Shown: positions 14,534 to 24,625, numbered from the stretch's first letter. The stretch: 64,000 bases of DNA from Candidatus Woesearchaeota archaeon (GCA_043817645.1 JBDRGP010000024.1:412-64411), one strand, 5' to 3'. Made by a program: numbers and translations. The notes: generated by a model not told the origin, from the sequence alone.

Positions 14534-17071
14534 ATGAATAAACATAATAGATTGGCTGTAGCTATTGTTTTTGTTTTGATTGTAGTATCTTTTTTTGTTG
14601 ATTTTGATAGTTCTATTACTGGGTTTACTGTTAGTGAAGTTAGTGCTGCTAATGTTGAGCGAGGGGTTGAGGAAATAATAAAAGAAGAAGGAGAAGTTGC
14701 AGTAATTGTTGTTTTGAAGGATGATGAGGGTAATTTTTTTATGAAGGGCAAGGAAGCTGATATTGAAGATGTTAAAGAAGGTTTGAGTGAATATGAATTT
14801 GATGAAGGTCGTGATTTTGAAGACATGGATGCTTTTTCTGGGGAGGTTACTAAAGCTGGATTAAATAAACTAAGAAATAATCCTAATGTTGAGAGAGTTC
14901 AGTTGGATCATGTTTTTGGTGTTACTTTAAGTGATTCTGTTCCTTTGATTAAGGCTGATTCGATACACCAGATAGTTGTTGTGAATAATCTGACGGGAAA
15001 AAATGTTGGTGTTTGTGTCTTAGATACTGGTCTTGATTATGCTCATGCAGATTTAGCTGATAAATATGTTGATGGATATGATTATGTAAACGAAGATAGC
15101 GATCCTATGGATGATCATGGACATGGGACACATGTTTCTGGAATAGTTGCTGGTGTTGCTCCCGAAATCAAGATTTTTGCTATAAAGGTTTTGAATAGTG
15201 GTGGTTCTGGAGTTGAGAGTGATATTGTTGCTGGGATTAATTGGTGTAGGACAAACAAGGCAGTTTACAACATTACTGTTATAACAATGAGTTTGGGTGG
15301 AGGATTGTTTAGCGATTATTGTGATTCAAGTTTTACTGCTTTAGCTAATGCTGTTGATAGTGCGGTTAGCGAAGGTATAACTGTGGTTGCAAGTAGCGGA
15401 AACGATGGGAGTACTACGCAAATAAGCAGTCCTGCCTGTATTCAAAATGTAATTGGAGTTGGGGCAACAGATGATGGAGATGGTATGTGGGGTTCAACTA
15501 ATAGGAATGGTATATTAGATTTATTAGCTCCTGGTGTTGGAATTGTTTCTACTGCTCTTGGTGGAGGAACTATTTCTATGATAGGGACTAGTATGGCTGC
15601 TCCGCACGTTGCTAGTGCAGTTGCTTTAATGCAACAGTTTGAGTTAGAAGATAAAGGTGCTGAGACTACACCTGTCAATATTGAGAGTACCCTTAAAGAT
15701 AATGGTGTTTTGGTTGGTAGCTGGAAAAGAATTGATGTTTTCAGGTCTATTGCAAGTTTGGATGATACTGATACTGTGTTGGTTGTTGAGTCTCCACAAA
15801 ATACGACTTATTCTATTACAAATATTGATTTGAATTATAGTGCGAGTGATGTTTTTTTGGATAAAGTTGTTTATACTTTGGATGGTGGTGTTGAAACTGT
15901 TTTGAGTGGGAATACTACTCTGAGTTTAGATGGTGGCAGTCATTTATTGAATGTTGTTGCTAATGATAGTGGTGGGAATTTTAATTCTGTTTTTATTAAC
16001 TTTTCAATAGATCTACCAGATGTAACTTTAAACTCTCCTGCGGATGATGAGAATGATTTGGATGGGGAAGTTGAGTTTAATTGCAGTGCCAGTTCTGTTA
16101 GTGAGTTAAGTAATGTAAGTTTATATAACAATGCTAGTGGTGTGTGGGCTCTTGAAGAAATTGAAATTGTTAGTGGTACTGAAGCAAATGTTGTGTTTGA
16201 TGTTAATTTTAGTTCTGATTTAGTATTTACTTGGAGTTGTCTGGCTTATAACGTAGATGGTAATTTTGGTTGGGGCGAAAATAGAACTTTAAGAATTGAT
16301 TATAATACTGTTTCGGTTATTGACGGTTATTTTCCAAATAGTACAAATGTGACTATTGATGAGCCTTTGAATCAGACTTTTAATGTTAATTATAGTGATT
16401 CTGATGGTGATAGTTTAAGTGTTAGTTGGTACAAGGATGGTAGTTTAGTTGATAGTGATGATGTTTATGATTTTGTTGGGAGTTATTCAAGTAGTGGTGA
16501 GTTTAATATTACTGTAGATGTTGCTGATGCTGGTTCTGTTGTTAGTAATTATTGGTATTTTGTTGTGAATGGTGTTGAATATTGTGGTGATGGTGTGAAA
16601 AACAGTACTGAGGAATGTGATGGAAGTGATTTTGGTGGTTTGACCTGTGAAGATTATGGTTATACTTCTGGTAGTTTAAGTTGTGATGATTGTGAGATAG
16701 GCACGGGTGGTTGTACAAATTCTACTGATGGTGGTTCTGATGGTGGTTCTGGCGGAGGAGGAAGTCCGACTTCTGAAGAGAGTTCATTGCTTCAAGAGGC
16801 TATTGCCGCCAGGGATTCTGGTGATTCTAGTGGGGATATTGATGATGAATTTGCTGTATTTAGTGAGGAGCAGGAGATAGAGACTGCTGCTTCTGGTGAT
16901 ACTGAAGAAGAGATTGTTGAGGAGGCTGTTGCTACTGAAGAAAAATCTAGGTTTAAGATTGGTGGGATTATTGGGGCTGTGGTTGGCGGTTTGGTTGTTC
17001 TAGTGCTACTTTTCTTCTTTGTTAGGAAGGAATGGCGGGTTATTAAGAGAAATGCTGGAAAAAAACCGTAA
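14534..17071 (+). CDS. secreted subtilisin-like serine protease (S8) with propeptide, Cys-rich module, acidic linker and C-terminal TM anchor
   Basis: Signal peptide RLAVAIVFVLIVVSFF. Catalytic D (VLDTGLDYAHADL), H (HGHGTHVSGIVAG) and S (GTSMAAPHVASAVAL). CGDGVKNSTEECDGSDFGGLTCEDYGY Cys-rich module. C-terminal IGGIIGAVVGGLVVLVLLFFF-RKEWR. Confidence 0.85.
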   Translation: MNKHNRLAVAIVFVLIVVSFFVDFDSSITGFTVSEVSAANVERGVEEIIKEEGEVAVIVVLKDDEGNFFMKGKEADIEDVKEGLSEYEFDEGRDFEDMDAFSGEVTKAGLNKLRNNPNVERVQLDHVFGVTLSDSVPLIKADSIHQIVVVNNLTGKNVGVCVLDTGLDYAHADLADKYVDGYDYVNEDSDPMDDHGHGTHVSGIVAGVAPEIKIFAIKVLNSGGSGVESDIVAGINWCRTNKAVYNITVITMSLGGGLFSDYCDSSFTALANAVDSAVSEGITVVASSGNDGSTTQISSPACIQNVIGVGATDDGDGMWGSTNRNGILDLLAPGVGIVSTALGGGTISMIGTSMAAPHVASAVALMQQFELEDKGAETTPVNIESTLKDNGVLVGSWKRIDVFRSIASLDDTDTVLVVESPQNTTYSITNIDLNYSASDVFLDKVVYTLDGGVETVLSGNTTLSLDGGSHLLNVVANDSGGNFNSVFINFSIDLPDVTLNSPADDENDLDGEVEFNCSASSVSELSNVSLYNNASGVWALEEIEIVSGTEANVVFDVNFSSDLVFTWSCLAYNVDGNFGWGENRTLRIDYNTVSVIDGYFPNSTNVTIDEPLNQTFNVNYSDSDGDSLSVSWYKDGSLVDSDDVYDFVGSYSSSGEFNITVDVADAGSVVSNYWYFVVNGVEYCGDGVKNSTEECDGSDFGGLTCEDYGYTSGSLSCDDCEIGTGGCTNSTDGGSDGGSGGGGSPTSEESSLLQEAIAARDSGDSSGDIDDEFAVFSEEQEIETAASGDTEEEIVEEAVATEEKSRFKIGGIIGAVVGGLVVLVLLFFFVRKEWRVIKRNAGKKP

Positions 17072-17147
17072 ACTTTATAAACTAATATTTTAATAATTAA
17101 GAATTGAGAGAGATAAGAAAATTGGACTTTGGAGAGTCTTATTTCTC

Positions 17148-17468
17148 ATGAGGGTGACTAAGATTAAGTCTTTATTACCAAGTTTAAAGGAAAATAAAAG
17201 ATATGTTTTGTATGAGATTATGTCTAAGAATAAAATAATGGGTAATCATCAAAAAATACTAGAAGAAGAAATAAGAGGGTTTATTGGCGATTTAGGTATT
17301 GCTAGGGCAGGGCTTAAATTTATAAAAAGTAAAGAAAATAAGGGCATTTTGCAGGTTAATCATAAATCCGTGCATGAAGTAAAAACTGCATTGGCTTTGA
17401 TAGATAGGTTTAATGTAAGAACCGTGAAGGTTTCTGGGATGATAAATAAGCTGTTAGGTGCTATGTAA
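17148..17468 (+). CDS. RNase P protein subunit Pop5 (Rnp2)
   Basis: LPSLKENKRYVLYEI…GIARAGLKFI…GILQVNHKSVHEVKTALALI…VRTVKVSGMINKL follows the Pop5 family pattern. It sits immediately upstream of psmA as in the archaeal exosome superoperon. Confidence 0.6.
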   Translation: MRVTKIKSLLPSLKENKRYVLYEIMSKNKIMGNHQKILEEEIRGFIGDLGIARAGLKFIKSKENKGILQVNHKSVHEVKTALALIDRFNVRTVKVSGMINKLLGAM

Positions 17469-17476
17469 AGGAGGTT

Positions 17477-18211
17477 ATGAATATGCAACCACAAATTTCA
17501 CATCAGGCAATGGGTTATGATAGGACTAGTACTATGTTTAGCCCTGATGGAAGATTATTGCAAGTTGAATATGCAAAAAAGACTGTAAAACAAGGAACAA
17601 GTGCTGTTGGTATTGTTTGTAAGGATGGAGTTATTTTAGTTGCTGATAAAAGAGTAGTTGAGAAATTAATTGTTCCCGAGAGTGTTGAGAAAATATTTCA
17701 AGTGGATTCACATATTGCTGCTGCAGCATCTGGAATCGTTAGCGATGGAAGAATTTTAGTTGAAAGAGCGCAGTTAGTTGCACAACAACATAGAGTGACA
17801 TTTGATTCTTCAATAGATGTTCAGAGTATTGTTAAAGATATTTGTAATCTGAAACAGCAGTTTACTCAATTTGGCGGGGCAAGACCATTTGGTGTAAGTA
17901 TACTTTTTGGCGGTATTGATGAGAATGGTAATGGTGGAACTCCCAGGTTATTTTTAACTGATCCTACTGGAATATATTTTGAGTATAAGGCTACAGCTAT
18001 TGGAGAGAATGAAAGTGAGATTAAGGAAACATTAGAGAGGGAGTATAAGGAAGGCATGAGCGTTCAAGATGGCATTAAACTAGCTGTAAAATCTTTAAAG
18101 AAGGCGTTGGATAAGGATTTTGATATTGATAGACTGGATGGCGCTTATGTTATGTCTAAGGATGGTAAATTTACAGTAATCAGTAAAGAAATGTTTTCTA
18201 AAGCTAGGTAA
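17477..18211 (+). CDS. psmA: proteasome alpha subunit
   Basis: GYDRTSTMFSPDGRLLQVEYAKKTVKQGTSAVGI is the canonical alpha-subunit N-terminus. Confidence 0.85.
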   Translation: MNMQPQISHQAMGYDRTSTMFSPDGRLLQVEYAKKTVKQGTSAVGIVCKDGVILVADKRVVEKLIVPESVEKIFQVDSHIAAAASGIVSDGRILVERAQLVAQQHRVTFDSSIDVQSIVKDICNLKQQFTQFGGARPFGVSILFGGIDENGNGGTPRLFLTDPTGIYFEYKATAIGENESEIKETLEREYKEGMSVQDGIKLAVKSLKKALDKDFDIDRLDGAYVMSKDGKFTVISKEMFSKAR

Positions 18212-18213
18212 AA

Positions 18214-18903
18214 ATGGTAGATGTGGATAAGGCAGTTATTGCTAAACTGAAGAAAGAAGGAAAGAACTTTGAGATCTTGGTTGATTGCGATAAAGCTCTA
18301 GAGTTGAGAAAAGGAAAGAGTGTTGGCATGGATGATGTTTTGGCTACTGATGATGTTTTTAAAGATGTGAAGAAAGGTGAAAAAGCTAGTGAGCATGATT
18401 TACAGAGTCTTTTTGGTACGACTGATGTTAGAGAAGTTTCTAAGAAAATAATTCTTGATGGTGTTGTTCAACTTACTAGAGAACATTTAGCTAGAGAAAG
18501 AGAAGAGAAAAGAAAACAGATAGTTAATATTATACACAGGAATGCTATTGATCCTAAGACAGGATTGCCGCATCCGCCACAGAGAATTGAAAATGCTATG
18601 GAAGAAGCTAAAGTACACATTGATGAAAACAAAAGAGCTGAGGATCAGGTTGAAGATATATTAAATAAGATAAAACCGATAATACCTATTAAATTTGAGA
18701 AGAAAAAGCTGCAGGTAATTATTCCTCCTAAGTATGCTGGCCAAACTTTTCATGTTTTTAAGAGTTATGGGGAACATAAAGAAGAATGGTTAGGTGATGG
18801 TAGTTTAAGAGTTAAGATTGAATTGCCTGCTGGTATTGTTGATGAATTCTTTGGAAAATTAAATTCCATATGTCGTGGAGAAGTAGAAAGTAAGGAGTTG
18901 TGA
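18214..18903 (+). CDS. ribosome maturation protein SBDS/Sdo1
   Basis: N-terminal FYSH-like domain (KNFEILVDCDKALELRKG). Size and position downstream of psmA. Confidence 0.7.
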   Translation: MVDVDKAVIAKLKKEGKNFEILVDCDKALELRKGKSVGMDDVLATDDVFKDVKKGEKASEHDLQSLFGTTDVREVSKKIILDGVVQLTREHLAREREEKRKQIVNIIHRNAIDPKTGLPHPPQRIENAMEEAKVHIDENKRAEDQVEDILNKIKPIIPIKFEKKKLQVIIPPKYAGQTFHVFKSYGEHKEEWLGDGSLRVKIELPAGIVDEFFGKLNSICRGEVESKEL

Positions 18904-19625
18904 ACGAAATGGGAAAAATTAATGTACAAGACAAAGATATTGTTGTGCCTGGAGAAGCATTGGCGGAAGGTATGGATTATCTGCCTTCTGGTGGCGCATT
19001 TAGAGATAAGGAAAATATCTATGCTTCACGTGTGGGTATTGTGAGTATTAATGGACGGGTTATTAAGTTAGTTCCATTAAATTTAAGATACATGCCAAGA
19101 AGGGGAGATAGAGTGATTGGCCAAGTTTCTGATGTTGGTCCGAATGCCTGGTATGTGGAGATTGGATTTTATAAAGAAGCTGCTATTACATTAGCTGAGG
19201 GTAGTTCTGAATATATACCAAAGGGCGCTGATTTAACTCAGTATTATGCTCCAGGAGATTATATTATTGCCAGTGTTTCTTCTGTTTCAAAGAATAATAG
19301 TATTAATCTTTCTTTGAAAGGACCTGGCTTGAGAAAGCTTAGTGAAGGTAGGATCTTAACTGTTAATCCTGCAAAAGTTCCTAGGATTATAGGAAAGGAA
19401 GCTAGTATGATATCTTTGATTAAGAACATGACTGATTGCAGAGTTATGGTTGGTCAAAATGGCCTTATTTGGGTTTCTGGTATGGATCCTGAAAAGGAGA
19501 GGATTGCTGTAGAAGCTATTGAGATAATTGATAAGAGGGCACATATCTCAGGATTGACTGATGAAATAAAGAATTTTTTAGAGAAGGGATTAGGAGGTAA
19601 AAGTGGCGTACTCAAAAAGGATTAG
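18900..19625 (+). CDS. rrp4: exosome complex RNA-binding subunit Rrp4 (S1 + KH)
   Basis: DIVVPGEALAEG, RGDRVIGQVSDVGPNAWYVEIG (S1 domain) and VNPAKVPRIIGKEASMISLIKNMTDCRVMVGQNGLIWVSG (KH domain). Confidence 0.7.
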   Translation: MNEMGKINVQDKDIVVPGEALAEGMDYLPSGGAFRDKENIYASRVGIVSINGRVIKLVPLNLRYMPRRGDRVIGQVSDVGPNAWYVEIGFYKEAAITLAEGSSEYIPKGADLTQYYAPGDYIIASVSSVSKNNSINLSLKGPGLRKLSEGRILTVNPAKVPRIIGKEASMISLIKNMTDCRVMVGQNGLIWVSGMDPEKERIAVEAIEIIDKRAHISGLTDEIKNFLEKGLGGKSGVLKKD

Positions 19626-20301
19626 TGGGAGAAAATTTGATGAGCTTAGAGAGATAAAAGCAGAGGTGGGAGTTATACCTCGGGCTGATGGGAGTGCAAG
19701 ATTTCAGATAGGTAAAACTATTGCGCTTGCTGCTGTTTATGGTCCTAAAGCACTATTTCCAAAATTTTTGCAGAAATCTGATACAGGGACTTTGAGATGT
19801 TATTATAATATGATGAGCTTTTCTGGATCTGGTGAAAGAGTAAGACCAGGTCCTAGCAGGAGAAGTAAAGAAATTAGTTATATTACACAGAATGCATTGC
19901 TTCCAGTTTTGGATTTGAAGGAATATCCTAGTGCTGTTGTAGAGATCTATGTCGAATTATTGCAGACAGATGCTGGGACAAGATGTGCTGGAATTACTGC
20001 TGCTGCAATGGCTTTAGCTGATGCTGGTTTTCCTATGAGGGATTTGGTGTCTGCTATTTCTGTGGGATTTGTTGAAGGTAAACTGCTGGTGGATATTGAT
20101 AATGAGGAAGAGCATTATGAAAAAGGGAATACAGATATTCCTATTGCTATGATGCCAAGAACTGGTGAAATTACTTTATTGCAAATGGATGGTTTTGCTA
20201 GTAAGGAAGAGTTGAAAGAAGCTTTGAAAGCTGCGAAAGCTGCATGTATGCAGATTAATAAGGCTCAAATAGAAGCGTTGAAAGCGAGGTACAAAAAATG
20301 A
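19603..20301 (+). CDS. rrp41: exosome complex exonuclease Rrp41 (RNase PH-like)
   Basis: ISGRKFDELREIKAEVGVIPRADGSARFQIGKT…GTRCAGITAAAMALADAG is the RNase PH fold. Confidence 0.8.
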   Translation: MAYSKRISGRKFDELREIKAEVGVIPRADGSARFQIGKTIALAAVYGPKALFPKFLQKSDTGTLRCYYNMMSFSGSGERVRPGPSRRSKEISYITQNALLPVLDLKEYPSAVVEIYVELLQTDAGTRCAGITAAAMALADAGFPMRDLVSAISVGFVEGKLLVDIDNEEEHYEKGNTDIPIAMMPRTGEITLLQMDGFASKEELKEALKAAKAACMQINKAQIEALKARYKK

Positions 20302-21083
20302 AAGATATAGTAGGAACTCATGTTGTGTCTTTATTGGATAAGGATATTCGTTTGGATGGGAGAAAATTAGATGAATTTAGAAAGATTACAGTAGAATATG
20401 GTGTTAGTAGTAAAAGTGCTGAAGGAAGTGCCAGAGTTAAAATCGGGGATACTGAGGTTGTGGCAGGTATTAAGTTTTCTCTTGGTACACCTTATCCAGA
20501 TGAACCTGCTAAAGGAACTATAGTGGTAAATGTTGAGTTATTGCCTTTGAGTTCTCCTGATTTTGAAACTGGACCACCAAATATACAGAGTATTGAATAT
20601 GCTAGAGCTATTGTTGACAGAGGATTAAGGGAAAGTGATGCTCTCGATATGAAGAAACTTTGTATTAAGAAAGGAGAGAAGATGTGGATGATTATGATTG
20701 ATGTTTATAGTGTTAATGATGCTGGTAATTTGGCTGATGCTATTGGTTTGGCTGCTTTAGCAGCTCTTAAGGATGCTAAGTATCCAAAATATGATGAGAA
20801 GAAGGGACTTGTTCTTTATGATGAGAGAACTAAGAAGGGATTGGAATTAAAACAAATACCTATACCTATAACAATAGTTAAAATTAAGGATAAGTTTCTA
20901 GTTGATCCTGCTTCTGATGAAGAAAAAGCAATGGAAGCTAGACTTACAGTTACTACTGTTGAGGATGGGAGAATTTGTGCTATTCAAAAAGGCGGAGAAT
21001 TACCTTTGAGTACTGAGGATGTTGAGAAAATGGTTCAACTAAGTATTGAGAAGGGTAAGGAACTGAGGAAGTTGTTGAAGTAA
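20298..21083 (+). CDS. rrp42: exosome complex subunit Rrp42 (inactive RNase PH-like)
   Basis: [42 protein letters not shown]. Located downstream of rrp41. Confidence 0.8.
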   Translation: MKDIVGTHVVSLLDKDIRLDGRKLDEFRKITVEYGVSSKSAEGSARVKIGDTEVVAGIKFSLGTPYPDEPAKGTIVVNVELLPLSSPDFETGPPNIQSIEYARAIVDRGLRESDALDMKKLCIKKGEKMWMIMIDVYSVNDAGNLADAIGLAALAALKDAKYPKYDEKKGLVLYDERTKKGLELKQIPIPITIVKIKDKFLVDPASDEEKAMEARLTVTTVEDGRICAIQKGGELPLSTEDVEKMVQLSIEKGKELRKLLK

Positions 21084-21084
21084 A

Positions 21085-21315
21085 ATGGAAAAGAAAATCA
21101 AATTTATTTATACCAAGTACGAGAAAGCTCGTATTGTTGGGGCTAGGGCTTTGCAGTTATCTATGGGTGCTCCGATGCTGATAAAATTTGATAAAAAAGC
21201 TTTGGAGAAGATTAAATACAGTCCTGTAGAGATTGCAAAGAAAGAGTTTGACTCTGGAATTTTACCGATAACTATAAAGAGACCTCTGCCGCCTAAGATG
21301 GTGGAGAATAAGTAA
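21085..21315 (+). CDS. rpoK: DNA-directed RNA polymerase subunit Rpo6 (RpoK/omega)
   Basis: [24 protein letters not shown] and [24 protein letters not shown] are highly conserved Rpo6 motifs. Confidence 0.8.
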   Translation: MEKKIKFIYTKYEKARIVGARALQLSMGAPMLIKFDKKALEKIKYSPVEIAKKEFDSGILPITIKRPLPPKMVENK

Positions 21316-21361
21316 TACTAGACTAATAAATCTTATATACTCTTTCTTCTTTTTTTCTTTT

Positions 21362-22504
21362 ATGAAGATTGGAAAAATAAAGGCTAAGAAGATTTTGAGT
21401 TCTTTTGGAGATGAAACTATTGAGATTGAGGTGAATAGGAGATTTGTTGGTAGTGCTCCTTTAGGTTTGTCTTATGGGTCTAGAGAAGTGATGCCTTTTC
21501 CTTCTAATGGAATTCCTTTGGGTATTGTGAATAATACTTTGAATAAGGCATTAAGAGGGATTAAGATTGGTGACTTTGGTGATTTGAAACTTGTTGAGGA
21601 TGTTTTATTTGATTTTGATACTAGCGATAGGTTGCATAAATTGGGTGGTAATGTTGTGATTGCTTTGGAGAATGCTTTGTTGAAGGCTAGTGCTGGGAAT
21701 CAAAGTGTTTGGAAGTTTTTAAATTCTCATGCTGATGAAATGCCTATGCCAATTGCTGAATGTATTGGCGGAGGAAAACATATGGGAGATAGTACTGACT
21801 TTCAGGAATTTTTGATTATTCCGCATGCTGAAACATTTTTAGATGCGGCCTATGCGAATCATTATGTCTATAGCAGAATTGCTAAGGATTTGAAACCTAT
21901 TGGGAGAACCTGTACTGGATCATGGGTTACTTCTTTAGATAATTTGAGTATTCTGGATCTTTTGAAAAGAGTTGGTGCGGATGTTTTTGATAAATTTGAT
22001 ATTCAAATGGGTTTGGGCGTGGATGTTGCTGGAAGTCATATTTACTCAGGAGGTTATTATTTTTATAAAAAAGGCAAGTTAGACAGGGAGAAACAAATAA
22101 GATATGTTAATAGTTTGATAACCAAATATGAGTTGGAATATGTCGAGGATCCTTTAGAAGAAAATGATGTTGAGGGATTTGGAAGTATTAAAGGAGATTT
22201 GATTTGTGGTGATGATCTGGTTTCAGGAAGATTGGAAAGACTGCATGAAGTTGCTGGTAAAGTTAATAGTGTGGTCATAATGCCTACCCAGATTGGTTCT
22301 TTATTGAAAGTTAAAGAGATGGTTGATTATTGTAGGGAAAATAATATTGTTCCTATTTTTTCGCATAGGGCTGGGGAAACAATGGATGATACTCTTTGTG
22401 ATTTAGCTGTAGCTTTTAATGTTCCTTATATTAAGTGCGGTATCTTTGGTAAAGAAAGATTAAGAAAAATAAATAGATTAAAGGAAATTGAAAAAGAAAT
22501 TTAA
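21362..22504 (+). CDS. eno: enolase (divergent, short N-terminus)
   Basis: IKAKKILSSFGDETIEIEV (N-terminal strand) and C-terminal FSHRAGETMDDTLCDLAVAFN…IKCG (SHRSGETED-like). Sits in the conserved RpoK-Eno-S2 neighbourhood. Confidence 0.7.
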   Translation: MKIGKIKAKKILSSFGDETIEIEVNRRFVGSAPLGLSYGSREVMPFPSNGIPLGIVNNTLNKALRGIKIGDFGDLKLVEDVLFDFDTSDRLHKLGGNVVIALENALLKASAGNQSVWKFLNSHADEMPMPIAECIGGGKHMGDSTDFQEFLIIPHAETFLDAAYANHYVYSRIAKDLKPIGRTCTGSWVTSLDNLSILDLLKRVGADVFDKFDIQMGLGVDVAGSHIYSGGYYFYKKGKLDREKQIRYVNSLITKYELEYVEDPLEENDVEGFGSIKGDLICGDDLVSGRLERLHEVAGKVNSVVIMPTQIGSLLKVKEMVDYCRENNIVPIFSHRAGETMDDTLCDLAVAFNVPYIKCGIFGKERLRKINRLKEIEKEI

Positions 22505-22770
22505 AATATATCTTCTGATATTTTTCTTAAGGTTCTATCGAATTTTTTATTGTCGTCGTATATCCATCTGGTTCCTTTTTTAGTTGAGATTGTTTTTCCG
22601 CTTGCTTCTAGGTATTCTAGGATTATATTTAAGGTTGGCCGCATAATTTTCTTTGGTATCCTCTCCAAAATTTCATTTTTGCTTAATGGCTTCTTTCTTT
22701 TTTGTAAAAAAACTTCTATCATTAAGATAGTTTTTAGATTTGGATAATGAATTGCTTTTTGTTTGAACAT
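22501..22770 (-). CDS. small winged-helix DNA-binding protein (paralog of 30201..30473)
   Basis: Shared LNIILEYLE.SGK…G.RWIYD motif with the 30201 protein. Confidence 0.4.
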   Translation of the reverse strand: MFKQKAIHYPNLKTILMIEVFLQKRKKPLSKNEILERIPKKIMRPTLNIILEYLEASGKTISTKKGTRWIYDDNKKFDRTLRKISEDIF

Positions 22771-22840
22771 GGTATAAGTTTATATACTCCCTATTTTTCT
22801 TATTTTTTATTAATTTTTGCCGGTATATAAGTTTATATAC
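22771..22840 (+). promoter_or_regulatory. tandemly duplicated BRE/TATA promoter (ggtataAGTTTATATActc ×2, ~52 bp apart) upstream of the GGAGGTGA-GTG start at 22948
   Basis: Two copies of aagtttatatactc at ~22779 and ~22832. A strong ribosome-binding site GGAGGTGA lies at ~22932. Confidence 0.4.
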
Positions 22841-22947
22841 TCTATGATAGTAATGTTACAATTATAAAGTAATTATGAAACTATTTAAAGGACAATTTGC
22901 GTTTTTAGGTTAGGTTTATAACAATAAAATTTGGAGGTGACTTAATA

Positions 22948-23622
22948 GTGCCGGCAATTGGAGCGCAGGACATATACGGTGGTTTATTTACTCCTTTAGG
23001 ATTGACTGTACAGAGAATCATTGAAGCACTACCGTGGATTATCTTTGCGATTGTTGTTCTAATTATTGGTATATTTGTTGCAGTGATTCTTGGACATGCA
23101 TTGAGAATAATCTTGGATAAGTTTAAGATTGATGCGTGGATTAGAAAAGCGCACCTTACTAAAGCAGTAGGGCATACTGATGTACCAGCGTTGTTTGGTG
23201 AGTTATTGAAGTGGTGGATTATAATAATCTTTTTGGAACAAGCAGTTGCATTGTTGAATTTGGGTGCTTTGAGTGAGACTCTTTCTAGGTTTGTTGGGTG
23301 GTTGCCTAACTTGTTAGTTGCTGTTGTTATCTTTTTGGTAGGATTAGCTGCGGCGCACTATGTAGAGATTAGAATCAATGAACATACAAGACTTAAGGGC
23401 ATGAGAATGGCAGCGAAGATATTGAAGTGGATCGTTGTTGTCTTAGTGGCAATACAAGCATTGGACATTATTAGAGTTGATGTTGGCTTGTTTAAGACAG
23501 TCTTTATAGTGTTGATTGGCGCATTAGCAGCTGGAATAGCATTAGCATTAGGTATCGGACTCGGACTTGGACTTAGAAAGCAATCAGAAGGATTAATTAA
23601 AGACCTAAAAAAGAACCTCTAA
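22948..23622 (+). CDS. polytopic membrane protein with repeated TM-helix units (MscS N-terminal-like)
   Basis: GTG start after a ribosome-binding site. Repeated hydrophobic helices with W..II.F / LL.AVVIFLVG patterns. Confidence 0.45.
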   Translation: MPAIGAQDIYGGLFTPLGLTVQRIIEALPWIIFAIVVLIIGIFVAVILGHALRIILDKFKIDAWIRKAHLTKAVGHTDVPALFGELLKWWIIIIFLEQAVALLNLGALSETLSRFVGWLPNLLVAVVIFLVGLAAAHYVEIRINEHTRLKGMRMAAKILKWIVVVLVAIQALDIIRVDVGLFKTVFIVLIGALAAGIALALGIGLGLGLRKQSEGLIKDLKKNL

Positions 23623-23665
23623 ATTAATTTGGGGGGTTTTTATTTTTTTTATTTTATTTATGATT

Positions 23666-24625
23666 TCATTCTGTATCTGGTAGGGTATATTGTAAATGTC
23701 TTACTAGATTTTTATCGAAGAAACCTCCATGTTGTGAAAGCCACTCTGCGTGCTTTATTGCAAGCGGTGTATCTCTAGTTCGAAATGAGTCTGCGTCCAT
23801 TGAATGGATTTCGTCTAGACTTAACCAACTGAATTGTTTTACTTCTCCTTCGAATTCTTGTGAGGGTTGAGCTTGTTCTCGAAATTGATAACCGATGGAT
23901 GCGATATTTGTTATGTGGCCGACGCCTTGCACGTGATTTACATAGATGCCGACTAGGCCGACTCCTATAGGTACGATTCCTCCTTCCTCTTGAACTTCCC
24001 TAGTGACAGTTGTTACTCTGCCTTCGCCGAAATTTACAGTTCCTCCAAGAAGGCTCCATTTCTTGTAATCACTTCTTTCTTCTTTCCCACATTGCATTAA
24101 TAGGAATTTCTCAGTATACGGGTTTATAATTACCATTCCTGTTACCGGCATGCCGACTGACTTTACTTCACTTATTTGATAAGCTTTATCTGTAACAGTT
24201 ACGAAGTCAAATCCTGCACCTTGAGTGTTTTGGAATGAAATGCAAACTGCTTCGTGAAGGTCCGGGGATCTTGTTCCATAGTCTGCTCCTTCTAATATTG
24301 TGTGTTTATTTACCCAAAAGCAATCTTTTTTATTCCTATGAGAATCACAGGACGCGGTTACACTAATATTGGTTATCCATGATCCCTTTCTCGTTTGATT
24401 TTGAAAAACTCCTTGGATTCTTCGGGGTTTAATCCTTACGTTATGCTCTTCTTCGACCATTGATTCAAGACATTCTGGAAACCTTCGTGACCATTTGGCA
24501 GATCCACCTAGCAAAGAAATCCCTTCTGATGTTTCTTTTACTAAGACTTCTCCTCTTTGATTCTCGATGAGGGCACTGCAGACAGTACCTATAACTGGCC
24601 TTTCAGGTTTAGTGGCTGTTTCCAT
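23666..24625 (-). CDS. tandem-NUDIX hydrolase (elevated GC, probable acquired gene)
   Basis: Nudix box GGTVNFGEGRVTTVTREVQEEGGI in the C-terminal half, with a degenerate first Nudix-like half. GC is about 40% versus about 31% nearby. Confidence 0.55.
   Translation of the reverse strand: METATKPERPVIGTVCSALIENQRGEVLVKETSEGISLLGGSAKWSRRFPECLESMVEEEHNVRIKPRRIQGVFQNQTRKGSWITNISVTASCDSHRNKKDCFWVNKHTILEGADYGTRSPDLHEAVCISFQNTQGAGFDFVTVTDKAYQISEVKSVGMPVTGMVIINPYTEKFLLMQCGKEERSDYKKWSLLGGTVNFGEGRVTTVTREVQEEGGIVPIGVGLVGIYVNHVQGVGHITNIASIGYQFREQAQPSQEFEGEVKQFSWLSLDEIHSMDADSFRTRDTPLAIKHAEWLSQHGGFFDKNLVRHLQYTLPDTE

Noticed and set aside
21342-21349. TATA-like cttatata immediately upstream of enolase
   Set aside because: Only ~12 nt from the start codon, too close for an archaeal promoter. 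Enolase is more likely co-transcribed with rpoK.
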